This document shows, piece by piece, positions 29,776 to 39,031 of a stretch of 64,000 bases of DNA. Numbering within the stretch: position 1 is the first letter of the stretch; every line of letters begins with the position of its first letter. The DNA lies in the NCBI GenBank assembly GCA_032128395.1, contig JAQBGV010000096.1:8376-72375 (forward strand). Direction: 5' to 3'. The notes under the pieces are model-generated. The model was not told where the DNA came from, searched no databases, and worked only from the letters and a program-made list of their open reading frames with translations. Position numbers and translations under genes: made by a program. Origin of the DNA: Planctomycetota bacterium. Its GTDB lineage: Bacteria > Planctomycetota > UBA8108 > UBA1146.

Positions 29776-32664
29776 TCAAGGTGAGGGCAGCACCTCGAAC
29801 CGGAGCTTGCGCGGCAGCGAGATCGTCGCGAGGCGCTCGGTGTCTTGATAGAGCCCGGTGACGAGTTGGACGGTCAGCACGTACTCTCCCGGCTCGAGGC
29901 CCTCCGCGACGGTGAAAGTCAGCCGCCCGTCGAACGTCCCCCGGTAGGCGCGGACGGGACCGCCGAGGTAGCGCTCCTCGGCTCCGTCGGAGGAATCCAG
30001 CGAGCCGCTCGGGCGGAGAACGGTCACCGACTTCCCCGCTTCCTCGATCGAGAGACCCGTAAGGCGGATCTGACTGTGGAACGCGGGACGATCGGTCAGC
30101 CCGGTCTCGAGGAACTCGATGAACTTCCGCTTCGAATTGGTGAACGCTTCACGCGCCACTTCGAGGTGACTCTCACTGTCGAGCACGATGTAGGTCGGGT
30201 TCGCGTTGTAGCCGGTCAGTTCCCGTTGGAGCTCGGTGTAGTCCGCCTCGAGCGGATCGTCGGTGTAGATCTCGAACAATTCGAACTGCCGCAAGAGCGC
30301 TTCGGCTTCCGGGTCTCTGAGGATCCCGCCGGGACCCTCCATCTGTTTGCAGTTCTGTCAGACGTGACCGGTGAAGTTGATGAAAATCGGTCTTCGCTCT
30401 CCCCCCGCCGCGATCCGCTCGCGGATCGTCTCCAGCTCCGCCGCGAAGGGGACCGGGTTCTCGTAGCTGAGCACTCGCCACTCGAGGCTGGACTCGTCCG
30501 CGTAGAACGACTTCACGAGGAGCTGCGATTCGAGGTTCTTGTTCAGGTGCCCCCCGGCCACCGCCCAGAGGCAGAATCCGGCCGAGACCACGCAGAGGAG
30601 GACCAGGACCACCCGGGGAGCGCCGATCCGCTGCAGCGGTGAGTCGTGGGGGAAGCGGATCTTGCCGAGGAGGTAGAGCCCCATCGCGAGCAGGAGCACC
30701 CCCCAGATCGCGAAGATCACCTCTCGCGAGATCACGGAGTCGAGGCGCCACCGCCCGATCGTCGCACTGAAGAACTTCCAGGCCGCGATGAGCTCGACGA
30801 AACCGAGGACCCCCTTCACGGTGCTGAGCCACCCTCCCGAGCGCGGCAGCCCCGCGAGCGCTTTCGGGAAGAGCGCGAGGCAGAAGAACGGCAGGGCGAA
30901 GGTCGCCGAGAAGGCGAGCATTCCGATCGCGGCGTACCCAGGTCCGGAACCAGCGGCGAGAGCGAGGAGGGCTGCTGCGATCGGACCGACGCAAGTGAAC
31001 GTCGCCACGCTGAAGACGAACCCCATCACGAGGACACTCGCCACGCCGTTCCCGCCCCCGCCCCCTGCGGCACGATTGCGCAACCAACTCGGGAGCTGGA
31101 TGTCGTAGTAGCCGAAGAGGCTGAACGCGAAGTAGACGAAGAGAGCGCCGATCCCGAGGTTCACCCAGGCGTTCGTCGCCATGAAGTTCGCGCCCTGCTC
31201 GCCGAGGATCGCGCTCAGGACGAGTCCGAGGGTTGTGAAACTCGTCATCACGCCGACGCAGAAGAGGAGCGCGAGCCCGATCACGCGCGAACGCTTCTGG
31301 TGCGCCTGCTTGGTGAAGACACTGATCGTGATCGGGATCATCGGGTAGACGCACGGGGTGAGGAGCGCGATCAGGGCGCCGCCGACGCTCAGAGCGACGA
31401 TCCCCCAGAATCCCGCCTCTTTCGACCAGTCCTTCTGGATCGCCGGGATCCGTCTCCCCGTTTCGAGGACTTCGCCCCGAAACGCCACCGTGAGGGTCTC
31501 TCCCGAACGCACCTGTGTCCGATCGAGGCTCGCGGTGAAGCGCACCGGACCCGTCGGCTCGTCGGAGCCGGTCGACCCGCCGTTCTGGGGCACACCCCCC
31601 GCCACCTCCATCCCGACGAGGACTGGAACCACGATCTCGGAGACCGCGGGCAGCTCGCACCCACCCGCGTCGCACGCCTGCGTGCGCACTTTCACGCCGA
31701 CCCGGTAGCTCCCGACCGGAACGGTATCCGGGGCGCGGAATCGCAATCGGAAGGTCGCGGTGCCGACATGCTCGGGCACGTTCTTGCCGTCGACGACGAC
31801 GATCTTCGGCGCGCTCTCGAGCACTCCTTCGATCGCTTCGAACGGGCCCGCGTCCGCGACATCCACCTGGACCGGGAGACCGTTGTCGCCGCGATAGTCG
31901 AGGCCGTAGAGGTGGAAACCGCGCTCGATCTTCGCTGTGATCTCGACGGTGAACTCCGCGCCCGGTTCCACCGCGTCGGCTCCACGTGCGGTCAGAGCCA
32001 CCGTCGGGGAAGCGAGTTTCTCGACGACGAGAGAAGTTCCCACCGCACCGGGGCCCGCCTCAGCTCCGCCCCCCGCGGCCGGTCGTTCTTCCCCCACCCA
32101 CACCGGCAGCGTGAAGGAGAGGATTTCGGTCGGAAGACACTGGTTCGCATCGCAGACCATGTAGGTGAACTCGACGGTGGCCGCGTAGCGACCGGGAGCG
32201 AGATCGGCGGGTGCCTCGAGCGGGAGACGAAAGGGGACCTTCCCCTCGTGCTCCAGCATCACCCCGCCCATCACATCGTCGTAGTGGGACCTCGGCTTCG
32301 GCTCGATCGCAACCCCCGCAGCGCGGAAGGGTCCGAGTTGGGTCGCGACGTACGCCGTCGGCGTGCCGAGGTCTTCGAGGAGCTGCATCCCGTAGATGTG
32401 CCAACCACGATCGATCACGGCCTCGACGACGAGTTCGAAGCGGCTCCCGGGAGCAACCCCATCGATCCCCTTCGCGTGCAGCAACACCGGCGCGTCATCG
32501 GCCGCCCGGGCCTCCTGATCGAAGGGGGGAGGGGAAGAGTCGTCGGCGGGGGCGGGGGAGAGTCCCGCGAGGAGCCCCCCGAGGACCAAGAGGGTCGAGA
32601 AGAGCCTCGAGGTCTGGGGTGCGTGGATAACGGTGGGGGTCACGAAGCCTCCGTCGGGGATCAT
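29776..32664 (-). CDS. dsbD: thiol:disulfide interchange protein DsbD (2x alpha-like, beta TM, gamma Trx-like), predicted selenoprotein with in-frame UGA at 30358-30360
   Basis: ORFs 30358..32664 and 29776..30342 are in the same frame, separated only by TGA. Beta domain has conserved LTPCVYPM and FTCVGP cysteines; two N-terminal domains each carry a C-x4-C pair. Read-through gives PIFINFTGHV-U-QNCKQME..., aligning with E. coli DsbD-gamma [18 protein letters not shown]... Confidence 0.7.
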
Positions 32665-32870
32665 GGGCGAGAGCGGGCCATTCCATCGAACCGCGGCGGG
32701 ATCGAGTTCCCGGGACGACGAGATCCTCCCCGGCCGCTCCTCCCAAGTCGAGCGATGGTAGCCCGGCCGCTCTTCGCGACAACTGTCTCGGGGAGACGGG
32801 GGGTACCCCCTCGGGTATCCTCCTCGTCCGAACGGCGGGAAGGAGCAGCATGGGCGAGGGTCTGCGGGGG

Positions 32871-33704
32871 ATGCGAGCGAGCTTCCAAATCGGGGGGCGC
32901 CATCGGCCGGCCCCGCTCTGGATCGTCGGTCCCGACGTCATCGAGGACGAGGGGTTCACCCTCGAGGTCGCTCACGCCCTTGCGGAGGTCGCGACGCGGC
33001 GAGGCCTCTCCCTGCTCTTCAAGGCCTCGTACGAGAAAGCAAACCGCTCCCGGGGGGACTCCTTCCGAGGCCCAGGGATCGACCGCGGTCTCGAAATTCT
33101 CGCTCGGGTCCGCGGGGAGACCGGGCTCCCCGTGACGAGCGATGTGCACACCGCGGAAGAGGCGCGACGATCGGCGGAGGTCCTCGACGTGGTCCAGATC
33201 CCCGCGTTCCTCAGCCGCCAGAATGCGCTCCTCGAAGCCGCCGCGGAAGGTGGGCGCACCGTCAATCTGAAGAAGGGGCAGTTCCTCGCTCCGAGCGACG
33301 TGCCGCAGCGGGTCGAAGTGCTCCGTCGGGCGGGCGCCGGCGATGTCTGGATCACCGAACGAGGGGTGAGTTTCGGCTACTTGCGGCTCGTCAATGATCT
33401 CCGAGTTCTCCCTGCGATCCGCGCGACCGGAGCCGCCGCGATCTTCGATGCGACCCACAGCGTGCAGAGTCCGGGGGGAGGAGTCGACGGTTCGAGCGGC
33501 GGGGAACGCTCGATGATTCCGATTCTCGCCCGCGCCGCCGTCGCGGCCGGATTCGATGGGTTCTTCTTCGAGGTGCACCCCGACCCCGAGCGCGCACTCT
33601 GCGACGGTCCGAACGCACTCCCGCTCGACCGCCTCGAGGCTCTCTTCGATCAGCTCGAGCCGCTCGCGTGCGTCGTCCGCGAGATCCCCGATCTCGAGCT
33701 GTGA
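32871..33704 (+). CDS. kdsA: 3-deoxy-8-phosphooctulonate synthase
   Basis: LLFKASYEKANRS, QIPAFL, FDATHSVQ, FEVHPDPE motifs match KDO8P synthase; start approximate. Confidence 0.85.
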   Translation: MRASFQIGGRHRPAPLWIVGPDVIEDEGFTLEVAHALAEVATRRGLSLLFKASYEKANRSRGDSFRGPGIDRGLEILARVRGETGLPVTSDVHTAEEARRSAEVLDVVQIPAFLSRQNALLEAAAEGGRTVNLKKGQFLAPSDVPQRVEVLRRAGAGDVWITERGVSFGYLRLVNDLRVLPAIRATGAAAIFDATHSVQSPGGGVDGSSGGERSMIPILARAAVAAGFDGFFFEVHPDPERALCDGPNALPLDRLEALFDQLEPLACVVREIPDLEL

Positions 33705-34453
33705 CCGACGAGAACTTCGAACCGGCGCAGATCGACGAACCTCGGATCCACGTGGTCATCCCCGCGCTCGACGAGGAAGAGAGCATCGGCGCGGTGCTCG
33801 GCGACCTCCCGTGGGATCGACTCGCAACCGTGACGGTCGGCGACAACGGATCCCGGGACCGCACTCGCGAGATCGCCCGCGCCGCCGGGGCCACCGTGGT
33901 CGACGCCCCGCGGCGCGGATACGGCTCGGCGTGCCTCGCCGCCCTCGCCGCCCTCCCCCCTGCGACCTGTGCGCGTCGAGAAATCGTCGTCTTCGTCGAT
34001 GCCGACTACTCCGATCACCCGGGGGACCTCCCCGAGCTGGTCGCTCCGATCCTCGACGGCCGTGCGGTCCTCGTCATCGGAACCCGCCTGAACCCTCGCT
34101 GTCAACCGGGGGCGCTCCTCCCCCAGGCTCGGTTCGGGAATCGGTTCGCGACCGCTCTGATCGAAGCGATCCACGGGGTGCGATTCACCGACCTCGGCCC
34201 TTTCCGAGCGATCCGTCGCGACGTCCTGGCATCCCTCCGGATGGAGGACCCGGACTTCGGGTGGACGGTGGAGATGCAGGTGAAGGCGGCGGAGCGAGGG
34301 CTCGCGGTGACGGAGGTGCCGGTCGGCTATCGGAGACGGGTCGGCCACTCGAAGATCACCGGGACGCTGCGGGGAACGATCCTCGCCGGGAAGAAGATCA
34401 TCGGGGTGATTCTCGGACGTGCGATGCGGCAGAAGATCGAAGAAGTGTGGTGA
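33701..34453 (+). CDS. family 2 glycosyltransferase
   Basis: VVIPALDEE and DADYSD (DxD) motifs; GTG start overlapping kdsA stop (alternative ATG at 33668). Confidence 0.72.
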   Translation: MTDENFEPAQIDEPRIHVVIPALDEEESIGAVLGDLPWDRLATVTVGDNGSRDRTREIARAAGATVVDAPRRGYGSACLAALAALPPATCARREIVVFVDADYSDHPGDLPELVAPILDGRAVLVIGTRLNPRCQPGALLPQARFGNRFATALIEAIHGVRFTDLGPFRAIRRDVLASLRMEDPDFGWTVEMQVKAAERGLAVTEVPVGYRRRVGHSKITGTLRGTILAGKKIIGVILGRAMRQKIEEVW

Positions 34454-34462
34454 GCGAAGTGG

Positions 34463-36580
34463 TCAGCGATCCTTCGCCTCGGGCAGACCGTTCTCGCTCC
34501 CCGCGGTGAACTCGATCAGCACGCGGTCCACGCTATCCGACGCACCCTCGATTCGGACCACCCCCACCCTGGCGGCGAACGTCATCCGATGCTCCGCGCT
34601 CCAGGTGCGTCCCCCCTCGTCCGAGTCGAGCGAGTTCTTGGCATGGACCTCACGAACGTCTTCGAAGGTCCCCGCAGGGGTCTCGACCGGGCGAGCCGGG
34701 CGAGCCACTTCTCGCACGTAGGAGAAGGCGCCGCGGCGCCACTCCCAGCGGTCCCCGGGGACGAGTGCGCCTCGGATCAGGATCTCGCCCGGCGGAGCGG
34801 TCGGGGAGCCGAGAACCAGCTCACCATCTCTTATCCAGGCCCGGGTGTCGTAGGGAACGCGTCCCTGACCCTCGACCCGGATGATCACCAGCCAACCACC
34901 TTGCGAATCGAGGCTCGAGCTCCGTACTTCGCGCGTCTCCTTGCTGCCATCGCCGAGCCGGTAGGTCCAGCGTGTCCCGACCGCGACCGGGAACCAATGG
35001 GAGATCGCTTCGACCGTGTCTCCCGAGCGCTCCGGGCGGGGGAGTCGCGACGGCGTGGGATCGACCGGTCGATCGGCGCCGACCCGAGAACCGAGTTCGA
35101 TCCCCGACTCGCCGTACATCGTCGAGAGCCGGGATGCGAATACGCGGCGCTCCGCCTCGGTGATGAACGCAGGGAGCGGCCCTCCGAGGAACTCCGCGAG
35201 GCGCTCGACCGCGATCGCGTCCCGCTTCGGGAGGAACTCGTGGAGGAGTCCGAGGATTTCGATCGCGCGTTCCTCCTGTCTCTGCGACAGCTCATCGACC
35301 GCCCGGCGGACGAGGGAGCCCACCTGGCGCGTGGCGTTCGAGGACTCGGCGATCGGGTCGATCTCGCGGGCCAGAGTCAGCGCGGCGCGCGCGTCCTGGA
35401 TGCCTCCTCGCCCGATCGCGTCGAGGCCGAGTTCCTGCAACCGCGCTGCGACGGTGCGCTCCGATCCCTCCGAGCCTTCGAGCAAATGGGAGTTCTCACG
35501 GAACCAACGCTCGAGGTCGCCCGCCCCTCCGGCCCGGAGCGCGCGGTCGATCCCCCGCTCCCTGAGCTCCGAGAGCCGATCCGAGAGGTCCGTGCCCTCC
35601 ACGGCACGCAGGCGTTCGAGCGCCTCGGCCGCGAGAGTGGCGATCGGAAGGTCTCCGGTGAGTTCGGCTTGGCGCAGGCGCGCCTCGGCGAGTGCGATGC
35701 GCATCTCGCGGACCTGCACCTCGACCCACGGATAGTCACGCGCCGCTTCCTCGATCGACTGCCCCGCGAGGGGAAGATCGCCGAGAGCGATCGCCGAGCG
35801 CGCCTTCCGAAACAGAATCGCCTCGGGAAACGTCGCGTGTTCGAAGTGGGGATCCGTGGTGACCACGGCTCGCCAATGCGTCGCCGCGCGTTCCCGATCG
35901 AGCGGCCACCAAATTCGTGCAAGTTCTCGCCGCGCTCCCGGGGCCGGGGACCGGAGCCGGGTCCGCTCCTCGAGCTCTGCCGCTCGGATCGGGAAGCCCC
36001 CGCGGCGGAACACCTCCGCGGCGACGCCGAGCGCGAGTAGGTCGTCCGGAAATTCGGAGGAGACGCGGAGCGCGAGGCGGAGCGCGTCGATCTCGTGACC
36101 CGACTCGGTCTCGACGACCAGTTGGAGGAGGAGAGGATCGACCCAGGTCGGTTCCTGCTCCGCGACCCCTTGGGCGCCGCGCAACGCGAAGTCCCAGTCG
36201 CCGCGCAGGAGCGACGCGAGTGCGTCCGCGAAGAGCCGGCGACTCTCGGCGCGCACTCGTGATGAGGGGCGCTGCCCGAGCTCCGCGGCCACGTGATCGG
36301 ACCAACTCGTCACGGCGGGGGTCTCGGTCGTCCGCCCATCGGCACTCTCGCCGGTCGGTACGATCGTCCGGACGTCTTGCGCAGGAATCTCGATGATTCC
36401 CCCCCCGATCTGGACGCGGTACGCGCCCTCGGCGTAGCCCACCACGACTCCGATGACCGAACTCCCATCCTTCCGGACGAGACGCTCGAGCTCCCCCTCG
36501 GCGGCGACCGCAGATGGGAATACGAACGCGAAACCACAGAGGAGGAGGGCGAGAACAGCTCTCCGTCCAGCCTCGTTCAT
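34463..36580 (-). CDS. hypothetical exported helical-repeat (TPR-like) protein
   Basis: N-terminal signal peptide after internal Met, long Ala/Leu/Arg-rich helical repeats, C-terminal beta-rich domain. Confidence 0.45.
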   Translation of the reverse strand: MNEAGRRAVLALLLCGFAFVFPSAVAAEGELERLVRKDGSSVIGVVVGYAEGAYRVQIGGGIIEIPAQDVRTIVPTGESADGRTTETPAVTSWSDHVAAELGQRPSSRVRAESRRLFADALASLLRGDWDFALRGAQGVAEQEPTWVDPLLLQLVVETESGHEIDALRLALRVSSEFPDDLLALGVAAEVFRRGGFPIRAAELEERTRLRSPAPGARRELARIWWPLDRERAATHWRAVVTTDPHFEHATFPEAILFRKARSAIALGDLPLAGQSIEEAARDYPWVEVQVREMRIALAEARLRQAELTGDLPIATLAAEALERLRAVEGTDLSDRLSELRERGIDRALRAGGAGDLERWFRENSHLLEGSEGSERTVAARLQELGLDAIGRGGIQDARAALTLAREIDPIAESSNATRQVGSLVRRAVDELSQRQEERAIEILGLLHEFLPKRDAIAVERLAEFLGGPLPAFITEAERRVFASRLSTMYGESGIELGSRVGADRPVDPTPSRLPRPERSGDTVEAISHWFPVAVGTRWTYRLGDGSKETREVRSSSLDSQGGWLVIIRVEGQGRVPYDTRAWIRDGELVLGSPTAPPGEILIRGALVPGDRWEWRRGAFSYVREVARPARPVETPAGTFEDVREVHAKNSLDSDEGGRTWSAEHRMTFAARVGVVRIEGASDSVDRVLIEFTAGSENGLPEAKDR

Positions 36581-36841
36581 CGGTGCTCGCATCCGAAAGC
36601 CTCTCCAGATGACCCCCGTGCCGGGGGACATCGCCATCTCGGAGATCGGCTCGGAGCGCCCTAGGCTTGACCCTTCTCGGTCCCACTAGTGCCCTGAGTC
36701 AAGAATCGCGTGCAAAGCGGCGGGAACTCGGCAGCGTTCGCGAGCGACGGCGTCGTGCTCAAGGAACACGTCCACGAGGAGCGACGGACGGAACGCCGTC
36801 GAGGGCCCGTCCATCGGTGGGCGAACTTCTGACTCAGGACG

Positions 36842-37672
36842 CTAGTCCTCGAAATTTGCGGATCCGGCGTCTCCGGGGAAGAGCGCCACCAGTTCCGCGG
36901 TGGCCGCCGCTAGGGCGTCGCGCAGCCGTGAACGACGACTCGACCCGGTCAGCAGCCACACCTCGTGGAGCGCGCGAGGGGCCAGTTGATCGGAGGCGAG
37001 TCGGCCGATCAGGGGGGGGGCCGGGACGACACCCGCGAGTGCGGCCCGCAGCCGGCGATACTGGTCACGGTGCCCCTCACCCCGGGGAGACTTGTTGTAC
37101 AGGTAGACGAGGACCATCCCCCCTGCGGTCGCCGCGGCGATCCCATCGCGCCACTTCCCCCACCGGTGGAAGAGGTCGTAGGGGTCGATCAGGACGAGCG
37201 CGGGAGCGAGTGGCGCGATCGACCGGAGGATCTGCTCGCCGCTCTCCCCGACGAGCGGTTCGGTCCCGGAGAACGGGCGCCACGAGGCGAGACGATCGCG
37301 GTTGCGGTCGAAGACGCGGAGCAGTCCCCCGGCGCCGAGCTCTTCTCGCCGGCGGTGGAGCAAGAGTCCGCTCGAGGGCCAGTGGTCCTCTCCCCCAGCG
37401 TGGATGAGCGCTTCGCGAAGGGGCCTTGGTGCGCGCCCCCGTCGGCTCCGCGCGGCCGCCGTCAACGGATAGGATGGCGCGCCGGCGCAGAGATCGAAGA
37501 CCGACCGGCCTGCTTCCCCGCGGAGTTCTTCGGCGACCGGGAGCAGCCACGCCGCCTTCAGCAGATCGCCGCGGTTTCCCGGCTCGTAGAGGAGGAGCCG
37601 GTCCCGCGGGGCTCGAGTCTGCTTCGGTCGCCATCGCCAGCCGCGCGATCCTTCGGTCTCTTCCGTGGACAT
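36842..37672 (-). CDS. RlmJ-family (23S rRNA m6A2030 methyltransferase)-like protein with degenerate catalytic motif
   Basis: LLYEPGNRGDLLKAAWL vs RlmJ YRHSFHAGNHADVLKH; ALVLIDPYDLF vs RlmJ GLILIDPPYEMK (DPPY becomes DPYD). Confidence 0.45.
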   Translation of the reverse strand: MSTEETEGSRGWRWRPKQTRAPRDRLLLYEPGNRGDLLKAAWLLPVAEELRGEAGRSVFDLCAGAPSYPLTAAARSRRGRAPRPLREALIHAGGEDHWPSSGLLLHRRREELGAGGLLRVFDRNRDRLASWRPFSGTEPLVGESGEQILRSIAPLAPALVLIDPYDLFHRWGKWRDGIAAATAGGMVLVYLYNKSPRGEGHRDQYRRLRAALAGVVPAPPLIGRLASDQLAPRALHEVWLLTGSSRRSRLRDALAAATAELVALFPGDAGSANFED

Positions 37673-37716
37673 TCGCTCAGGATATCGAGTGAAAGAAGAA
37701 GAGGAAGGAGTGCCGG

Positions 37717-37989
37717 ATGCACGGCCTGAATTGCGACCGCTGCGACAAGACTCTGCTCCTCGATGAGAATGTGCGCTACGAGGTCCGCATCATCGTCCAG
37801 GCCGCATACGATCCGATGGAGATCACCGGCGGCGACCTCGAACAGGGTGGCTCGGAGGGGTGGCAGAGACTCCTCGAGGAACTCGAAAAGTTGAGTGAGG
37901 AGGAGGCGCAGGACCAAATCTACCGCGACCTGCGCTTCGATCTCTGTCCGCCGTGCCAAAGGGTGTATCTGAAGAAACCGCTGCCGTAG
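37717..37989 (+). CDS. small zinc-ribbon protein (90 aa)
   Basis: CDRCDK ... CPPCQR (two CxxC pairs), strong GAGGAAGGAG RBS. Confidence 0.5.
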   Translation: MHGLNCDRCDKTLLLDENVRYEVRIIVQAAYDPMEITGGDLEQGGSEGWQRLLEELEKLSEEEAQDQIYRDLRFDLCPPCQRVYLKKPLP

Positions 37990-38007
37990 TCTTGACCCCT
38001 CGCGCCC

Positions 38008-39015
38008 CTACCTCGGCAGCACGACCTCGATCTTCCCCACCACCCGGCCCACCACGTTTTGGACCACCGGCGGGTCCGCCGTCTGCCATCTCCGCAGCGT
38101 TCCCGGCGCGAGCCACCCGAGGTGGTCGAGGAGAACAGGGACCGCGTAGCGGTACCCGCGCTCCTGGCCATCGAGCGACTTCAGCGCGAGAGCGCCGCGC
38201 GCGCCCCACGCCACGAACACCCCCTCCGCCCCTTCCTTCGCAAGGAGATCGGGCGCGAGAAACGGACTCCAGAGGTACGGAAACCGCTGCTCACCCGAGA
38301 ACAGGAGTGGGGATGACCAGAGCACGGAGTGGAGACGTTCGACCGCGGGGCGGAGCCCCAGCTCGTCGAGGAACTCGCCGTCTCCCAGTCGCGAATACGC
38401 ACGGGCGATCGCGGTGAGCGACGTGAACCAGGTCGGAGCTCCACAGCCGTCGGTCCCCCTCGGCGCCTCGTGCATGTCGATCCCGAGGAAGCTCGCCAAG
38501 ATCTGGAATACCGCTCGCTGCACCGGATGATCGGGGTCGAGGTAACGCCCCGGATCATCGCCGATGCGAGCGGCGTGCAGCAACATTCCCGCGTGCTTGC
38601 CCGAGCAGTTGTTCGAGAGAGCGTCCGGCACTTCCCCCGCGATGGCCATCCGCCGGCGCTCGGAGGCGGTGAAGGGTGCGTGCGTTCCGCACCGGAGATC
38701 GTCAGCGGTGAAGCCCCCCCGCCTGAGAATCCCGTCGACCCTTCGGCGGTGCTCGGGCTCCCCTCCGTGGGAGGCGGTGATCACCGCAACTTCCTCGTCG
38801 AGGAGTCCGTGGTGGTCGATCACACCGGCTCGAAACAGGGCCAGAGTCTGGAACGGCTTCGCCACCGATCGGAGGAATGAACCGGGATCCTCGGCTCCGA
38901 AGAGGATCGGTGTACCGCCCCGCGGGATCGCGACGGCGACGGCGCGATGGAGCGATTCGACGCGGTCGCCTCTGCCGATGCGGGTCTCGATGGTGTGTTC
39001 TCTAGCTGCTGACAT
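38008..39015 (-). CDS. asparaginase II family protein
   Basis: NNCSGKHAGML signature of L-asparaginase II (Asparaginase_II family), 335 aa. Confidence 0.8.
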   Translation of the reverse strand: MSAAREHTIETRIGRGDRVESLHRAVAVAIPRGGTPILFGAEDPGSFLRSVAKPFQTLALFRAGVIDHHGLLDEEVAVITASHGGEPEHRRRVDGILRRGGFTADDLRCGTHAPFTASERRRMAIAGEVPDALSNNCSGKHAGMLLHAARIGDDPGRYLDPDHPVQRAVFQILASFLGIDMHEAPRGTDGCGAPTWFTSLTAIARAYSRLGDGEFLDELGLRPAVERLHSVLWSSPLLFSGEQRFPYLWSPFLAPDLLAKEGAEGVFVAWGARGALALKSLDGQERGYRYAVPVLLDHLGWLAPGTLRRWQTADPPVVQNVVGRVVGKIEVVLPR

Positions 39016-39031
39016 CGTGGGGAGGCTCGTT

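Noticed and set aside
29776-30342. Stand-alone 188-aa hypothetical protein
   Set aside because: It is in frame with, and homologous to, the gamma thioredoxin-like domain of the upstream DsbD, separated only by TGA. Merged into a single predicted Sec-containing dsbD.
30173-33135. Long plus/minus ORFs (30173..31675, 30646..33135, 32661..33578) overlapping dsbD and kdsA
   Set aside because: Alternate-frame artefacts; dsbD and kdsA carry unambiguous family motifs.
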